Positions 12,261 to 25,420 of a stretch of DNA of 64,000 bases are shown in pieces. The translations under genes were made by a program, and so were the position numbers. The first letter of the stretch is position 1, and each line of letters opens with the position of its first letter. The stretch comes from Mytilus trossulus (lineage: Eukaryota), in assembly GCF_036588685.1 (NCBI RefSeq), contig NC_086374.1, positions 93,248,001-93,312,000 of the forward strand, read 5' to 3'. The notes under the pieces were generated by a model, which saw only the letters and a program-made list of their open reading frames with translations, did no database searches and had not been told where the DNA came from.

Positions 12261-13051
12261 TATTCAAGTTTGTTTTATTAAAAGTGAAACGGCTATATCA
12301 TGGTAACTACCCCTTACATTTTCCACTGGACTTTAAGTTAACAAAAATAAATTGATCAATGATTTTACATTTTTTCTAGAATTCTGCTTATTTAAAAGAA
12401 TTATTTTTTCAACAACTCATATTTTTAAACTGATATTTCATTAATCTGAATCTAAAAGAAAATTAGTAAACTTGTAAATGATTTATTTTGTATTGTTTGT
12501 GTATAAGATACTACAAGAAATAGATTGTGTAATTGTTGCATGCAACTTGCATTTATGTATTTATTCCATGTTACTAGAATCATATATATTTTCATATTTT
12601 TTTTCATTCTTTTTTGTACTCTTTCTGAAATTGTCAAATGTATTAACTAAGAAGGCATTTTTATACACAAAAATTAGACACAGAATAGAGAGTACAGGGT
12701 AATAAACAAAAGGCCATATTTAAGGGCAAGAAATAAAGAATAGAGAAAAATAAAGAATAGAGAATAATCGTGTGCTAAATTAAAAAGAATAGTGGAGAAA
12801 AGGCAAAGGAAATATAAAGAATAGAGAAAATTGAATAAAAATATAAAGAAAAGAGAAACAATGGCCCTCATCCAGACCCTCACACATGTCACCAGATTTC
12901 AAAGGTTCTGATGTTCAAATAATGCCTCAGAACCTATATAGAAAACAATGATTAAAAGGCTCAAGTTTTCATGAAATCACAGAAATTTACATTCACAAAA
13001 TATTTTTTTTTCACAATATATACCAGTTTAGTATAAGTTTGTTTTATTTAA

Positions 13052-13615
13052 GGAGGCTCGCGGGTATAAGATTTTCCGAAAAAAAATAAACTTTTATTTT
13101 ACATTACAAATTCGATACATTACCTTAAGTAGTTGTAACTTTATCATATGGTACAAAAATCATTCCAAAAAATTAATTCGTGTTGACCCCAGGTGACTTT
13201 TAAAATGTCGATATCATTGCAAAAGCTCTAAATTATCTCCCTTTGTTGAAAAAATGCCATTTTTTGGCATTAAAATAGAAATATCTTTTTTAACTCATCG
13301 GTGACCTATATTTTTTATTGTTGTTTTTGAATAAGCTGTATATAAACTATCTAATTGTAAAATTTAAACGATTTCTGTAATTTAGTTCTTTTTTTATTTC
13401 GATAATACCGCTATTTCTCCTATTAGTTCAACAGAAAAAAAGGACATTAACAAAAATGTATGCTTCTTTCGAAGGCAGATTGTGAGCGTAAATGAACGGT
13501 GACCCCATTTTTTTATTTCATTTTTCCATTCAGGATAAGATGAACTTCATTTATAGAATAATATAGCGAAATCTTATATTAAATAAAAAAAAATCATTTA
13601 GACCCGCGAGCCCCC
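13052..13615. mobile_element. Non-autonomous DNA transposon, Kolobok-like (TTAA TSD)
   Basis: TTAA|GGAGGCTCGCGGGT ... ACCCGCGAGCCCCC|TTAA. Confidence 0.8.
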
Positions 13616-16109
13616 TTAAGATATCTTTTATGGGATCAGAAATGGATCAGCAAGTCTTTAGTTTTATCTATAATGATTGAAAAAAAAATATAAAATTGAA
13701 ATGTTAACAATTTATAATTTCAGCATCACAACACATAAAATCTTTTTGAATTTTAAATTAATTTAATTTACCATCATACATTTTTTGCTATTTGGAAAGA
13801 TATTTTTAGTGCAATAATTAGCATAGATTTTAAATATCAAATTTTCACAAATTATCTTTACATCTTTATCTTATTGCTAAAAAAAAAAAAAAAAAAAAAC
13901 TGTTTTCAAAAAATATATAGAAGAAATTAACAGTGATCCTTAAAACTGAAAAATGTAATTTCAAATATTCATTAAAAAAATCTTCAATATTTATTAGATA
14001 TAAATAAAACAAGATGAGTTATATGTTTATGAGACAGAAACCCGAAACTACAAATGATGAAAATATTTACCCCCATATAAGCAGACCTATGCTATATCAT
14101 TGAATTTTTTCTTCAGCATCCATTATAAATCTAGAATGATATAGTATTGTTATCATATATATTATTGATACAAAATTGCAATAAAATTTGTCTTGCCGAT
14201 ATATTTTTGTTATTTCCTTTTATTCCTTCCTATAAGCCATCTCCAGACATCCATGACTAAAATGTTGGATATAATGTGTGGTATTTTTATTCAAATTGTT
14301 GAATGCGGACATCTTGTTTTCAGCATTTTTCCCTTATTTTGCAGACAATTTTTTTCTGTTTTTCTTTATCAGAATTAATTAAGAGACCTGTCATTTCCAA
14401 ATAATTTTTAGCACATCTGTGAGCATTTGCATCACATGAAATCCATAGTCTGTTGTAGTTTAAAGTCTCAGTTGTAAGTTAGCTTTACATGGCATACATA
14501 ATCTTCTAACGTAATCAAACCAAATGGCATTTTAAAAAAAGGGGTGCATGAACTTGTGTTCAAGTAAAATAAGTTTGAATGATAAAAACCAGTTTAAAAC
14601 TGAAATCATCAGCTGGTTCCTCATCAGAGTAATTACCTTTTTAATGATGATTTTTTGGCATAGTATATTTACCTTAAAACTGTAGATAGATACAAATTTT
14701 AAGTAGGAAACATGATTAGTTAGACATGATCTCTGACATTTAATCTGTGTTAGCCTATTGTCTTGAAAACTGTAATAGAAAGATAGAATCTTTTCAAAGA
14801 CAAAAATGATAAAACAGACACCAGAGTTATTGCCCTAAAATGAAAATATATACTTTTTGTGTGTTTTTTGGGCATAACCAAAGTCGACGAAGAGAAACTG
14901 GAAACAAAATCTTAGCAATACAGATTAAAAAAGATTTTAGTCGTGAATAATATTCTTGTCTAAAATGTTGGAGGGTGTCCATAGACGAAGATGCACAGAT
15001 ACCTACCTAGGTGGGTGATACTGGCTCCGTAGAGCCTATAATTAGATTTTTCTCATAATATGTTGTTATACAACCGTTCATGTTTAGTTGGAATAGTTGA
15101 GTGCCAAAAAACTCTGCCAGAATATTTGTCTGTCTCAATTTGGGTGTCTGCAATTCAATGGTTGTTACTGGTTGCTATCTCATATTTGGATTTCCCATTG
15201 TTTTGTTATACATTAAGTCGTTTGAATTGTTCTCGTGATGGTGCTTTTTATAGCTTGCTATATAGTATTTGTTGTAATATAAACATATTTGCTTAAACCA
15301 GTTTCTTATGGACTCTGGTCTATATTTAATCAGTGTAGATCATACTAGGCGCCTTGTTTAGAATAATTAGATATTTTGATATGACCTGTTAGATCTTTAA
15401 AAACAAATATTGAATTGTCTTTAAAAATTATTTTTTCTATTGAAGTTTGACTGCTGGGTTGTTTAAAAATAACATTGATTTTGATTAAAACCACACCTTG
15501 GGAATTGTAAGTCTCCCTTGAAGCTAATGTATACAAATTTAATAATGACTTCACAAAATCAACAGACAAAACCAAACCAGGGGGCATTTGGAAAAGAAGT
15601 TGCTATTTCCCAAAACATTTTGCCTTCCTGTTTATTAGCTCATACCACGTCATTGGTTTTCTCTGAATTGTTTCACATTTTTTTTATCTATGGTATTTCT
15701 ATACCTTACTATACAGTATTGGTTTTTGCTTTTTATTTCAGTGTTAAAGGCTATCCTATGACTGACATGTAGTTGCTAACACCTCAAAGTTTGTACATTA
15801 GTTAGTGAGGTTTCCATTTGCAAATATAGCTCTCTTTATTATCATAGTTGACAATTAAACTGAGGTTACAAGATGACATCAGTGATCCGAAAACAACTTA
15901 TCTTTAATACAGGGTTTTGATAATTGCGAAGAGTCAATTTCGGACTGGAGGTCAATTTCAGATGCCACATGCTGGCAAAATAGAACATATATTTGGCCAT
16001 GCACTATTGGGAGATTTGCGTTTTTGTTTCCTCAAATTTTGTCAATTGATAGTCACTGAGAAGACAAAAATATATTAAAAACTCATATGCCATTTGAATT
16101 CTCCAGTAT

Positions 16110-16310
16110 AACAAATTATCCAAGAAGTAGATTATCTTCGCCGTGTTTGGCACAACTTTTTGGAATTTTCGGTCCTCAATGCTCTTCAAATTTATACTTG
16201 TTTGGCTTTTTAACTGTTTTGATCTGAGCGTGACTGATGAGTCTTATGTAGACAAAATGCGCGTCTGGCATATTAAATTAAAATCCTGCTATCTATGATA
16301 ACTATTAAGG
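16110..16310 (+). mobile_element. Partial retrozyme-like repeat with a mutated hammerhead (core 16228-16270)
   Basis: GCGTGA CTGATGA GTC TTATGTA GAC AAAA TGCGCG TC TGGCA; the GAAA box is mutated to AAAA. Confidence 0.75.
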
Positions 16311-16319
16311 GAATTAAGA

Positions 16320-16960
16320 TTTAAAAGAGATGTCAAAAAAAACAAAGGAAAATTCTAACCCATAAGTCAAAAATAAAAATAGACAATGTTAGAGTTAAAA
16401 ACGAAAAAGACAGACAAACTAAATTACACGAAACACAACGTAAAATGAGAAAAACTAATCCCGCCTAAAGATGTGATCTCAAGTGCTCAAGAAGGAATAT
16501 TAGATCCTGGTCCAAATATAGCACTTGTCGTAAAGTTCTTTTTAGAACATACCAAGTGTTAACTTTAATTTGGAAGGTCACAATCCGGAAAAAGAGACTG
16601 GGCATTAGGAACATATCCGCTATCATCTGTGAAACGAATATTCCATAATGGTCAACCAAGGCGTGATGTCATCGGTAAAATTTACTTTAGTGGGGGAAAG
16701 GAAAATACAAACACTGTGATATTGTATAAACTTGAAGATATATAGTCCGTTTACAGGTGATGCTTAGATGTTGCTACATGAATATAGAAACTTCACAACT
16801 GGGAAGCTGGAATAATCCCTTTTATCGATAAGTTTTGTTTTCGACCGACCCTTATTGTCCATTTCTAGATGGAAGTCAACCTATGGAACAGACATAACTG
16901 CATCAGTTGTATCCTCGATCGATTGGGGAAATGTAATTGATGTTTTATACATTATCCCCA
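16320..16960 (-). mobile_element. Degenerate Penelope-like retroelement, RT C-terminus and 3' region
   Basis: LVDHYGIFVSQM-type C-terminal peptide and an EIKDTTD-like segment. Homologous to the insert at 32964-33334 and to 23570-24230. Confidence 0.6.
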
Positions 16961-16964
16961 AATT

Positions 16965-17290
16965 TTGAATTATTTAGTGAGACAACCAGATCAAGTTGAT
17001 AAACTGCTAAAGCTGAGAAGGAAATCACATGAACTAAGAAGAAAGTGTCAAAGCTTATGCAAAGACACGGATTACAATTCATCATCGGCGATTGAATTTA
17101 AACGGCAGGAAGGACACAGTCTTACAAAGATAATACCTAATAATCAACAAATTACTTGTATCTTAGGATTAGCCATTATCAAATGAAGATTAAACAAGGT
17201 ATTGTTGATGGCCCTAGAAATACAATATAGAAACCGAAATGTTGACAACAGGACGTACAGATGACAAGACAACATATTGCATTAATCATA
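16965..17290 (+). pseudogene. Unidentified pseudo-exon, copy A
   Basis: RRKCQSLCKDTDYNSSSAIEFKRQEGHSLTKIIPNNQQITCILGLAIIK*RLNKVLLMALEIQYRNRNV aligns at codon level with the copy at ~25040-25420. Confidence 0.55.
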
Positions 17291-18445
17291 CTATAAGCTG
17301 TTTTCTACTTCGTCAAAAATCAACCTTATAATGAGGTGATATTTAGTGTTGTATATTTCTTATATTAAATAACCCTAAAAAAATATTGTACATTGTTTTG
17401 GGTAATTTTTTTAAGAAAAGGTCCAATATTTAATCTGATTTTTTTTTAAATGATTGAGATTTGAAACATTAGATTATCTATTTTATATTTCTAATTCATT
17501 ATACAAATCAAAGTTCTTAATTTCAAACCAAGGGGAGCTGGCGGGACATAATTCCAACAATACATTCTTAGTTATCACACATACACATATATATGATCGA
17601 AGATAAAATTAAAATTCACATAAAGTGAAGGTTATTATCATGTCTGTAATAGATATTTATAAAACAATATAAAATATCACAACATATAACATGTTATAAT
17701 GATTATTATCATTTTTGGATAAATAATTTTAGTTTTTAAAGTATCATATTTGTAATGCCACTGCCATGTCAGAGTGCAAATACAAATAATATAATGATTT
17801 AACAGATATTTTCTCGCAGATGTCCACCTAGTTTCTGATTTAGAAGAGCCAGTTGAAGAAATAAATAATAAAAATCACTAGAATGGAAAAGACACCAATA
17901 GCAACTGCATTGAGCCATGTTTAGAGATCATAAGAGTATTATGATAAGACGTCCCTTTCTTAAAAAAATACAAATAAAAATGTAATAAAACAAATATGTT
18001 TGGCCTTTGAAATTTTCGCCATCCCAACAGCAGTGATTTCGTTACTTATCAAATTAGTGTTTCTCAAGATATTCATAGATGCAACTATATCTGAGCGTTC
18101 TTATACCATCATTTAATTGTGCATATGAACGTGTATCTTCAAAGGACTAACTATATATATTCCTAAAAAATGAAGATTGGATCACTATGATAATGATTAA
18201 ATTGACACACATCAACCTGTATCCGAAATCCAAAATGTATGTTAGTGCATAAATCATATTATAACAGTTCATTTTTACAATTTTCCGATATAAGAATATA
18301 AAAGTATGTACAAGAGAAGGCACCTAATTCAAAACGTAAACTATCAACAAATTCATTTATATACAATACTTGTATAAATAAAAAAAAATACAATTCTTGG
18401 GTTGATGAAGTATTACTTTGGATTAAATAAAGGTTGAATTTATTG

Positions 18446-20290
18446 TCAGTAAATAATTTTATAAAGTGTCGCTGTATAACCGTTTAACATGACTAATGTG
18501 TTCGAGTTCATGTCATAATCTATCATTGTTGTAGGTTCGTCACGTATTACTTTACCAATTTTGCCATCGCACGATATCGCCTGAACACCATCAGATTTAT
18601 TTAGAACTACAACGTTTCCATATTTGTCTACCACAAGAGATGCCTGCACACGATCATTGTCCATTGCAGAGAACCGGTAACCTATTTCCGACAGATGCTG
18701 ACGAGGAAAAAGTGAACTATTGTAGTTATCATAGGCATGAAATGTGGAAACCGTCCCTGGTAGCTGTTCATCAAGTGTCGTTAATCTGTAACTGTCATTT
18801 GTACGGAACTGGAAATTCATATCCCACATGTGTTTTTCTGCGGGTTTTGAACTATTATTTCTACTGCCGAACTTCCACAGAGTATCACCTGTTAAATCGC
18901 AACACACAACTTTTCCGCCTCCACATTTAAAGCATATTTTGTTTCCAAATTGAGCCAGTTGTAAATTTGATAGAGTTTGATGTTTTTGTACCGGAATACA
19001 TCCAATTATGTTTCCTGACATGGTTGAAATAAGAATTTCATTCGTGTACAACGTAATACTACCGAGAAATAATTTATGATTATTGAAAACTAGATCGTAT
19101 ATCTCACAATTTCTGTTTATATCGAAACTGCTTTTCTTTTTCTCATCGATTAAATTTATCACATCGATAGTCCGATTGCCATGTGATACAGCTATTCTCT
19201 GAATATCTATAACTGTGATGCCAAAGACAGAACCCCTTTGCAAAATAAGACTTTTTTCAAGAGAACCGTCTTCTTTGTGGACAGTAAGCCTGGGATTGTC
19301 TCGAACTGCCACTACAAATCTTTTATCAGGCAGAATTCGACAACAAGTTATATTTAGATACTCAAAATGAATATCTTTTATTTTTTCGACCGTTTTTATC
19401 ATCGGTCCAGTCTCTCCATTTTCTGTCTTCAAGCATTCAGAACCATATTCTACTTCTGGTCTGTAATCAGGTAAAACTTCCCCAAATAGTTTCGAATTCA
19501 TTAATGAAATAACCTCTGGTGATGTAACAAATAGTAAATCGTTTGGTTGCTCTACGCGTATCATAGGATTCACTGCCTTTTTTATTTCATCGATTGGTTC
19601 TAGCACTCTACGACTTAAAATAAAAATACTTTTATCCGAGGCATGCTCTTTGGTAAGTGCTATGTTTCTCTTTATTTCTCTTGCTTCTTTTTTCCTTTCT
19701 TTCAAAATATGATGCTTTTCTGTCATTGACTTCACATGTGCATTATGTTTCAAATCATCAATTGCTCTAGCTTCTAATTTATCAAGCTTCTTGTTAATTT
19801 TATTTCGTATTTCTTTTATCTTGCAAATTATTTGATCAACCTTATCATCAATATATTCGGCACTTTCTTCATGGCATTTAATTCTATACTCGATTTCTTT
19901 AAGCAAATCATCCAATTTTGTTTCCAAATTTGACACATCATCTATTGTATTTGAACTATGTAACGCTTCTTTTACAGTTATGATGTCTTTCGGACCGACA
20001 AAGCTCGTCGACAAACATTTAAAACAGAAAACCTTATCTTGTGAGGGACTAAAATATTCAAAATTCTCTCCATGAGTGTTACATCTCTGAAATTTTTTAG
20101 AGATGTCTGCAATTTTGAAATAATCGTTTATTGATATCAAGCGATGATCTCGGAGTACCTTATGAAGTTTGTGATCTTTGACACATTCGTTGCAATAACC
20201 TTCTTCGCATTCCGTACACAATTTACTTGCTCTTTCCGACTTTCTCTTATATTCACATGGACCACATTTAACTTTAGAATCGTCCGCCAT
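18446..20290 (-). CDS. B-box / coiled-coil / NHL-like beta-propeller protein (RING-less TRIM-like), paralogue A
   Basis: Intact single-exon ORF. B-box CGPC-x11-CTECEEGYCNECVKDH-x7-H, then coiled coil and beta-strand-rich repeats. True start MADDSK at 20290 lies just behind an acceptor (TTTACAG at 20310) and matches the paralogue. Confidence 0.88.
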   Translation of the reverse strand: MADDSKVKCGPCEYKRKSERASKLCTECEEGYCNECVKDHKLHKVLRDHRLISINDYFKIADISKKFQRCNTHGENFEYFSPSQDKVFCFKCLSTSFVGPKDIITVKEALHSSNTIDDVSNLETKLDDLLKEIEYRIKCHEESAEYIDDKVDQIICKIKEIRNKINKKLDKLEARAIDDLKHNAHVKSMTEKHHILKERKKEAREIKRNIALTKEHASDKSIFILSRRVLEPIDEIKKAVNPMIRVEQPNDLLFVTSPEVISLMNSKLFGEVLPDYRPEVEYGSECLKTENGETGPMIKTVEKIKDIHFEYLNITCCRILPDKRFVVAVRDNPRLTVHKEDGSLEKSLILQRGSVFGITVIDIQRIAVSHGNRTIDVINLIDEKKKSSFDINRNCEIYDLVFNNHKLFLGSITLYTNEILISTMSGNIIGCIPVQKHQTLSNLQLAQFGNKICFKCGGGKVVCCDLTGDTLWKFGSRNNSSKPAEKHMWDMNFQFRTNDSYRLTTLDEQLPGTVSTFHAYDNYNSSLFPRQHLSEIGYRFSAMDNDRVQASLVVDKYGNVVVLNKSDGVQAISCDGKIGKVIRDEPTTMIDYDMNSNTLVMLNGYTATLYKIIY

Positions 20291-20422
20291 ATCACTGTTA
20301 CAATTAGAACTGTAAATGAAAATAAATTTCATCTAAAACTAAGAATATTATAAGATGCGAAATATGCGATTATTGTTCATGGTTGTAATCTTGCATCATG
20401 CATTTATGAATATATTTAGATA

Positions 20423-20638
20423 CCGTATAGCGGGATATTTTCGCGGGGTGTAAATTTTCGCTTATTTCGCGGATTGAACAAAATCGCCAAAATAAATTCC
20501 ACCAATTTAAAAGTGTACATGCAAAGGTAATGTTAAAAATGTTGAATCCGCCAAAATAATAACCGCCAAAATATTTCGTATACCTTATTCAATGAAAATC
20601 GCGAAATTTTACACCCGCGAAAATAACCCGCTATACGG
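20423..20638. mobile_element. Tc1/mariner/pogo-type MITE (TA TSD)
   Basis: TA|CCGTATAGCGGG ... CCCGCTATACGG|TA, with ~40-bp TIRs. Confidence 0.85.
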
Positions 20639-21754
20639 TATCTAAATTCAGAGTAGTTAAAACTTATTTAATACTTCATAAAATTGAACGACTGATTATA
20701 TACGCAAAAGAATGAATCAACACGTAGCAGATGCAGAATAACCGACTTTCCAGGGTGACAAGAAAGCATACTTCTTTATTATTCAGTAAAACAAAGTGTT
20801 TCAACCAATTATGTAAAAAAGATGACTTGGGAACACTTTAAACAGCATACTAGTAAAGTAAATTCTCAAGTTAAGACTATCTTAAAATTGCCTCCATAAG
20901 AACGAAAATGTCTGGTATCTTAAAAAATATACAAAATACTCATACTAATCTGATATAAGAAGATGCAGTATTAGTGCCAATCTCTCAACCAAGTTACAAT
21001 TAAAATCAAACCAATAATTTATGGGTCAAAGTACGGTTTTCAACAAGGAGACGTGTCTCACACCGAGCTATAAAAGGCCTTAAAAAGTGATATGTATAAA
21101 ACTATTCAATCGTGAAAACCAACGGTATAATCTTTATAAAAAACAAGAAACACTTATGCACAAAATGAAAGTCTTTCTTTTAGCTTGAACTCTTTCTATT
21201 TTAGCTTAAAATGTTCCTGTTTTTTGTCATATCTTAAGAAGTATTTAATTTTGCTGTTTGAGTTTAAAATCGGAACAGAAAATGCATGTGACATATGTGA
21301 GTTTATATTGGCCTTTACAAAAGACTTGATCAACGAGTCACTGCATGGGCAGATCCAGCCATTTTGAAAAGGGAGGGTTTCAAACCCAGGATTAAGGGGG
21401 GTTTTAACCGTAGTCCCCCTATTCAAATGCATTGTCGTGTTCTTATTATATATAGCAATAAAAATGTCGTGTTGGGAGCTCATTCATTATAATATTAAAT
21501 TTAACAACTCTTTATACAAACAAAAATTTACCTTTAAAATAATGTTGCTTATTCTTTAGTTTTTTATGTTGTGTCATGTGTACTATTGTTAGTCTGTTTG
21601 TCTTTTAATTTTTTAGCCATGGCGTTGTCAGTTTACTTTCGATTTATGAGTTTGTATGTCCGTCTGGTATCTTTCGTCCCTCTTTTGTTTTCACCTCGTG
21701 CGCATTGGATACAATAACCATTCTTGAAACCTATACTATAATAATTCACACAAA

Positions 21755-22130
21755 ATGGTCTACCAGGAAGTTTTTAACAAGCAAATTCTACATTTTATTT
21801 ATTTACCTCATTTTTAGAAAGGTTAAGCAGCCAATATTGGATACATAATTAAGTATTCAGTTTCCAAAGTGAATGACAGCAATCCATACAATTTATACAA
21901 AATTATTACCTCCCAAAAGCTTTTCGTCCTCTGATAATGATCAAGTATGAACTACGTATACTTTTTGATCTTAATAAATTCAGCGAAGTTGTCTCCCGTT
22001 GGCCAAAGCTTCAATAGAAACTAACGCAATCAAGCATTACCAAAAGCAGTTGTAAAATATATCTATTGAATTATGCACTTCATTTCATTTAAAGTTTATA
22101 TTGTTTCAGAATAGCATCGAATCGTCATTA
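21755..22130 (-). promoter_or_regulatory. Putative non-coding first exon / promoter of TRIM-like paralogue A
   Basis: Conserved with 31005-31375. Contains minus-strand donors GAG|GTAATA (~21909) and GAG|GTAAAT (~21806), matched by donors at the same positions in the other copy. Confidence 0.55.
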
Positions 22131-22457
22131 ATGGACATGAACTTTTAAGTTCACACAATTATTTTATTCCAAGGTGTCGAAGCTATTTCCTCTGTGGCTT
22201 TTCATGAAAAATTCGTCTCTAGGAAATAGAATTGAAAACATATTGGAAAGTTTCTATTGACTAAAATGCACCAAAACCTAGGTGAGCGACACAGTCTCTG
22301 TATAGCCTCTAGTAATTTCGTTATCATATGATGCTGTTATACAACTATGCTCAGTATTTTTTCAACCCTACAACATTCAATATGTGCCTGTACCAAATCA
22401 GGAGTGTACAAATAAGGTGGTTGCTTCTGTTGCTGTTTGAACTTTTTTTGGTTTCTA

Positions 22458-22501
22458 GCGACACTGATGAGTCTTTTGTAGTCGAAACGCGCGTCTGGCG
22501 T
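22458..22501 (+). ncRNA. Minimal type I hammerhead ribozyme, near-intact
   Basis: GCGACA CTGATGA GTC TTTTGTA GTC GAAA CGCGCG TC TGGCGT; one stem II mismatch. Confidence 0.75.
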
Positions 22502-22859
22502 TTATACAAAATTCAGTCCTGGTATCTATGATGAGTTCATTTGGCTGATATCTCTTTAATTTGATTTTTTTTATTGTTTTGTTATAGTTTTGATCGCTAT
22601 TTTTTTCGTTTGAACTGTTTGCATTTTGTCGTGTTTGTGTCTTTTATAGTTATACAATATAGGTTTTTCTCGTTGTTGAAGGTTGTAAATTGTAATATAA
22701 CCTTATTTGTTTTAACAAGTACCGTTTGGACTTTGGTTGATATTTGTCGCAAATCATACCAGAGTCCTTATTTCTAAGAAATTTCTTATTTTAATATGAC
22801 CTATTGTAGTATCAATTGTTTAGATTCGTGATGGCGTCGGTAAGATTTACGATTAAATT

Positions 22860-23500
22860 TTTGAAATACTAAAGCGTTTTTCCCTCCGTAATAGATCTTA
22901 TCTGTATTTGGCAAAGATTTTAGGCATTTTTGGTCCTCCATGCTCAACTTTGTACTTTAAACACTGCTTGATTTGAGCGTCAGTGATCATTCTTTTGTAG
23001 ATCGTGGCGAAACGCGCGTCTGGCTCAAATACAAAATTACAATATTTGTAAGGTACTGAGTTTATTTACAACCCTAGGTCGATTCCACTGTTGTTGGAGT
23101 TTTTATTTCCTATGGGTTTAACCAGCCCAGTAGTCAGCAAGTCAGTACATGTGTTGACTTGAATCATCATTGATATGGTCATAATTATAAATTAGATTAA
23201 CTGTTTACAAAACCTTGAATTTTGACTTTTAACATTGTTTGATTCGAGCGTCAATGATTATTCTGTGTAGACAAAATGTGCATTTGGTGTAAATACAAAA
23301 TGTCAACCCTGGTATCAATGATTTATTAACAACCACTAGGTCGATGACACTGCTGGTGGAGTTTTATTCCCCGAGGGTAACTAGCCCAGTAGTCAGCACT
23401 TGTGTGTTGACATGAATTATCATTGATATGGTCATAATCATATATTAAATTAACTGTCTACAAAACTTTGAACTTTTTAAGTACTGAGGCTTTTGTACTA
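22860..23500 (+). mobile_element. Degenerate tandem retrozyme-like repeats
   Basis: Two decayed hammerhead cores (~22977-23025 and ~23248-23290), each followed by the conserved GTCGAT...GGTGGA/GTTGGA...CCCAGTAGTCAGCA block. Confidence 0.65.
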
Positions 23501-23569
23501 ATTCAATTTATTTAAGCTTCATCACTTGGAACTCTATGTACGATAGTTTACTTGTGGGCAGCAACTGTC

Positions 23570-24230
23570 TATACAAGCCCTTGAATATTGTATAAACGGT
23601 GAAATATATACTCTATGTAAATATCTATGTTGCTAGAATGTTGCTACAAAGCATTGGAAACTGTATCATTGGAAAGCTTAACTCAGACCATTTGTCGTAA
23701 AGTTTTGTTTTTGACGGATCTTTATCATATGACGCAGACTTAACTGCATCAGTTTTATAATGTATTTGGATTCAATATAATAGATGCGTTCAAATATGAG
23801 ACAGACTTAACTGCATCAGTTATACCTTTTATCTAAATTTTGATGGGATATATGCATTCACGGTTCAATATATTTAACTGTATCAGTTGTATCCTTATTC
23901 TCAAGTTCGATGTGATAGATGCGTTCACCTTATGAGACAGCCTTAACTGTATTAGGTGTTTCCTTGATCTCAATTTCGATGGGATAGATGCGTTCATCTT
24001 ATGAGGCAGACTTAACTGTAACTGTACATGTATCGGTTGTATCATGTTCATTGTGCGATTAACATAGTCTCCGAATTTTGAATTATTTGGTGAGGGAACC
24101 AAATCAAGGTGACAAACGGCTAAAACAATTACTATCACATGAAGTTGAACAGATCAGAGGATATAGACTAGTGTGTCAACAGGGTAAGCGTTCTTGATAT
24201 GCAAGCATCATCCGCCATATGAATTAACAC
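23570..24230 (-). mobile_element. Penelope-like RT remnant with an internally tandem-amplified ~60-bp segment
   Basis: IYPIELEIKDTTDT-like segment repeated about 5 times at 23730-24045. Confidence 0.6.
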
Positions 24231-24394
24231 TCGCTCAAAAATGTTACAATCTCAATATCGGAACATAATAGGTTAAATCAAAAATCCAACGATTAACTGG
24301 TATCTACACATCTAAGATTGCGAAAATCCAAACAAGTTTATTCTGTACGTTTATTTTACAAATAGTTATCAAAGGTATCAGGATTATAATTTAA

Positions 24395-24440
24395 TACGCC
24401 AGACGCGCGTTTCGTCTACATAAGACTCATCAGTGACGCA
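24395..24440 (-). ncRNA. Intact minimal type I hammerhead ribozyme (retrozyme/PLE type)
   Basis: Minus strand: TGCGTCA CTGATGA GTC TTATGTA GAC GAAA CGCGCG TC^TGGCGTA. Stem I is 7 bp, stem II 3 bp, stem III is the palindrome ACGCGCGT, GUC cleavage site. Confidence 0.92.
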
Positions 24441-25039
24441 CGGATCAAAATACATGTAGTTGTAAAGCCAAACAAGTATAAAGATGAAGAGCATTGAGGA
24501 ACTAAAATTCCAAAACGTTATTCCAAATACGGCTACGGTAATATGTGCCTGGTATAAGAAAATCCTTACAAATGCTAAGACTCACTTGATGGTTCATCCC
24601 TTTTATAACTAGAAAAAAATCAGGTATATTGCTTTGTGGTCGTATGTCTAACAATCAATCTGATGAATGCGTGTTTATTATACACAGCTGAACTAACGCT
24701 ATAACACTTTACATTTATTTACATTTGTTATACAGAGACTTCATTTTTGATTGGGACATTATGATGTGTCACCAATCTTTAAATTATCCAAAAATTATCA
24801 AACGTTTGAGTGATAGGGTGTATGCTAATTACGGTTTTCAAATTATTTCCATTTCTCAATTTTTGACATTTGATACCAACTATTTGTTAAACTAGTAAAA
24901 GTCAGTGCAACTATTTTTATAAGCAGTTTTTCTCTTCGCACTAACACTAAAGCTAGCTACAGCTCAGATAAAGGCGGTATATCGATCTGAGGGTTTTACA
25001 AACACAGTTTTGAAGAAGACAAATCTTAACTAAAATCGT

Positions 25040-25420
25040 ATAAACTCAAGGTGCGGAGACATAGTAATTTACTCATGATGTTGATGCATTACCTGTAATT
25101 TATGTAGTAGATTCCATTTTTATCACGAAGACAGTGTCAAAGCTCATTCAAAGAAATGGCATATTATTCATCAACGGCACTCAATTTAAAACGGCAAGAT
25201 TATTCATCAACGGCACTCAATTTAAAACGGCAAGAGGGACATACAAATTACAAAACTACAGCCTTATAATCGAAATACTACTTGTATGTTCGGATTGACC
25301 ATTATGAAATTAAGATTAGATAAGGAATTGTTGATGGCTCAAAATATACTGTATGGAAACCGAAATGTTCACATCCAGACGTTCCTGAGACGAAAAGACC
25401 ATAGACTGCATTTATCATAG
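25040..25420 (+). pseudogene. Unidentified pseudo-exon, copy B
   Basis: RRQCQSSFKEMAYYSSTALNLKRQEGH(frameshift)ITKLQPYNRNTTCMFGLTIMKLRLDKELLMAQNILYGNRNV. Contains a 36-bp tandem duplication at 25163-25234. Confidence 0.55.

Noticed and set aside
20291-20332. Upstream ATG extension (MKFIFIYSS...) of the 628-aa ORF
   Set aside because: It lies in a polypyrimidine tract/acceptor and is not conserved in paralogue B; MADD at 20290 is the likely start.
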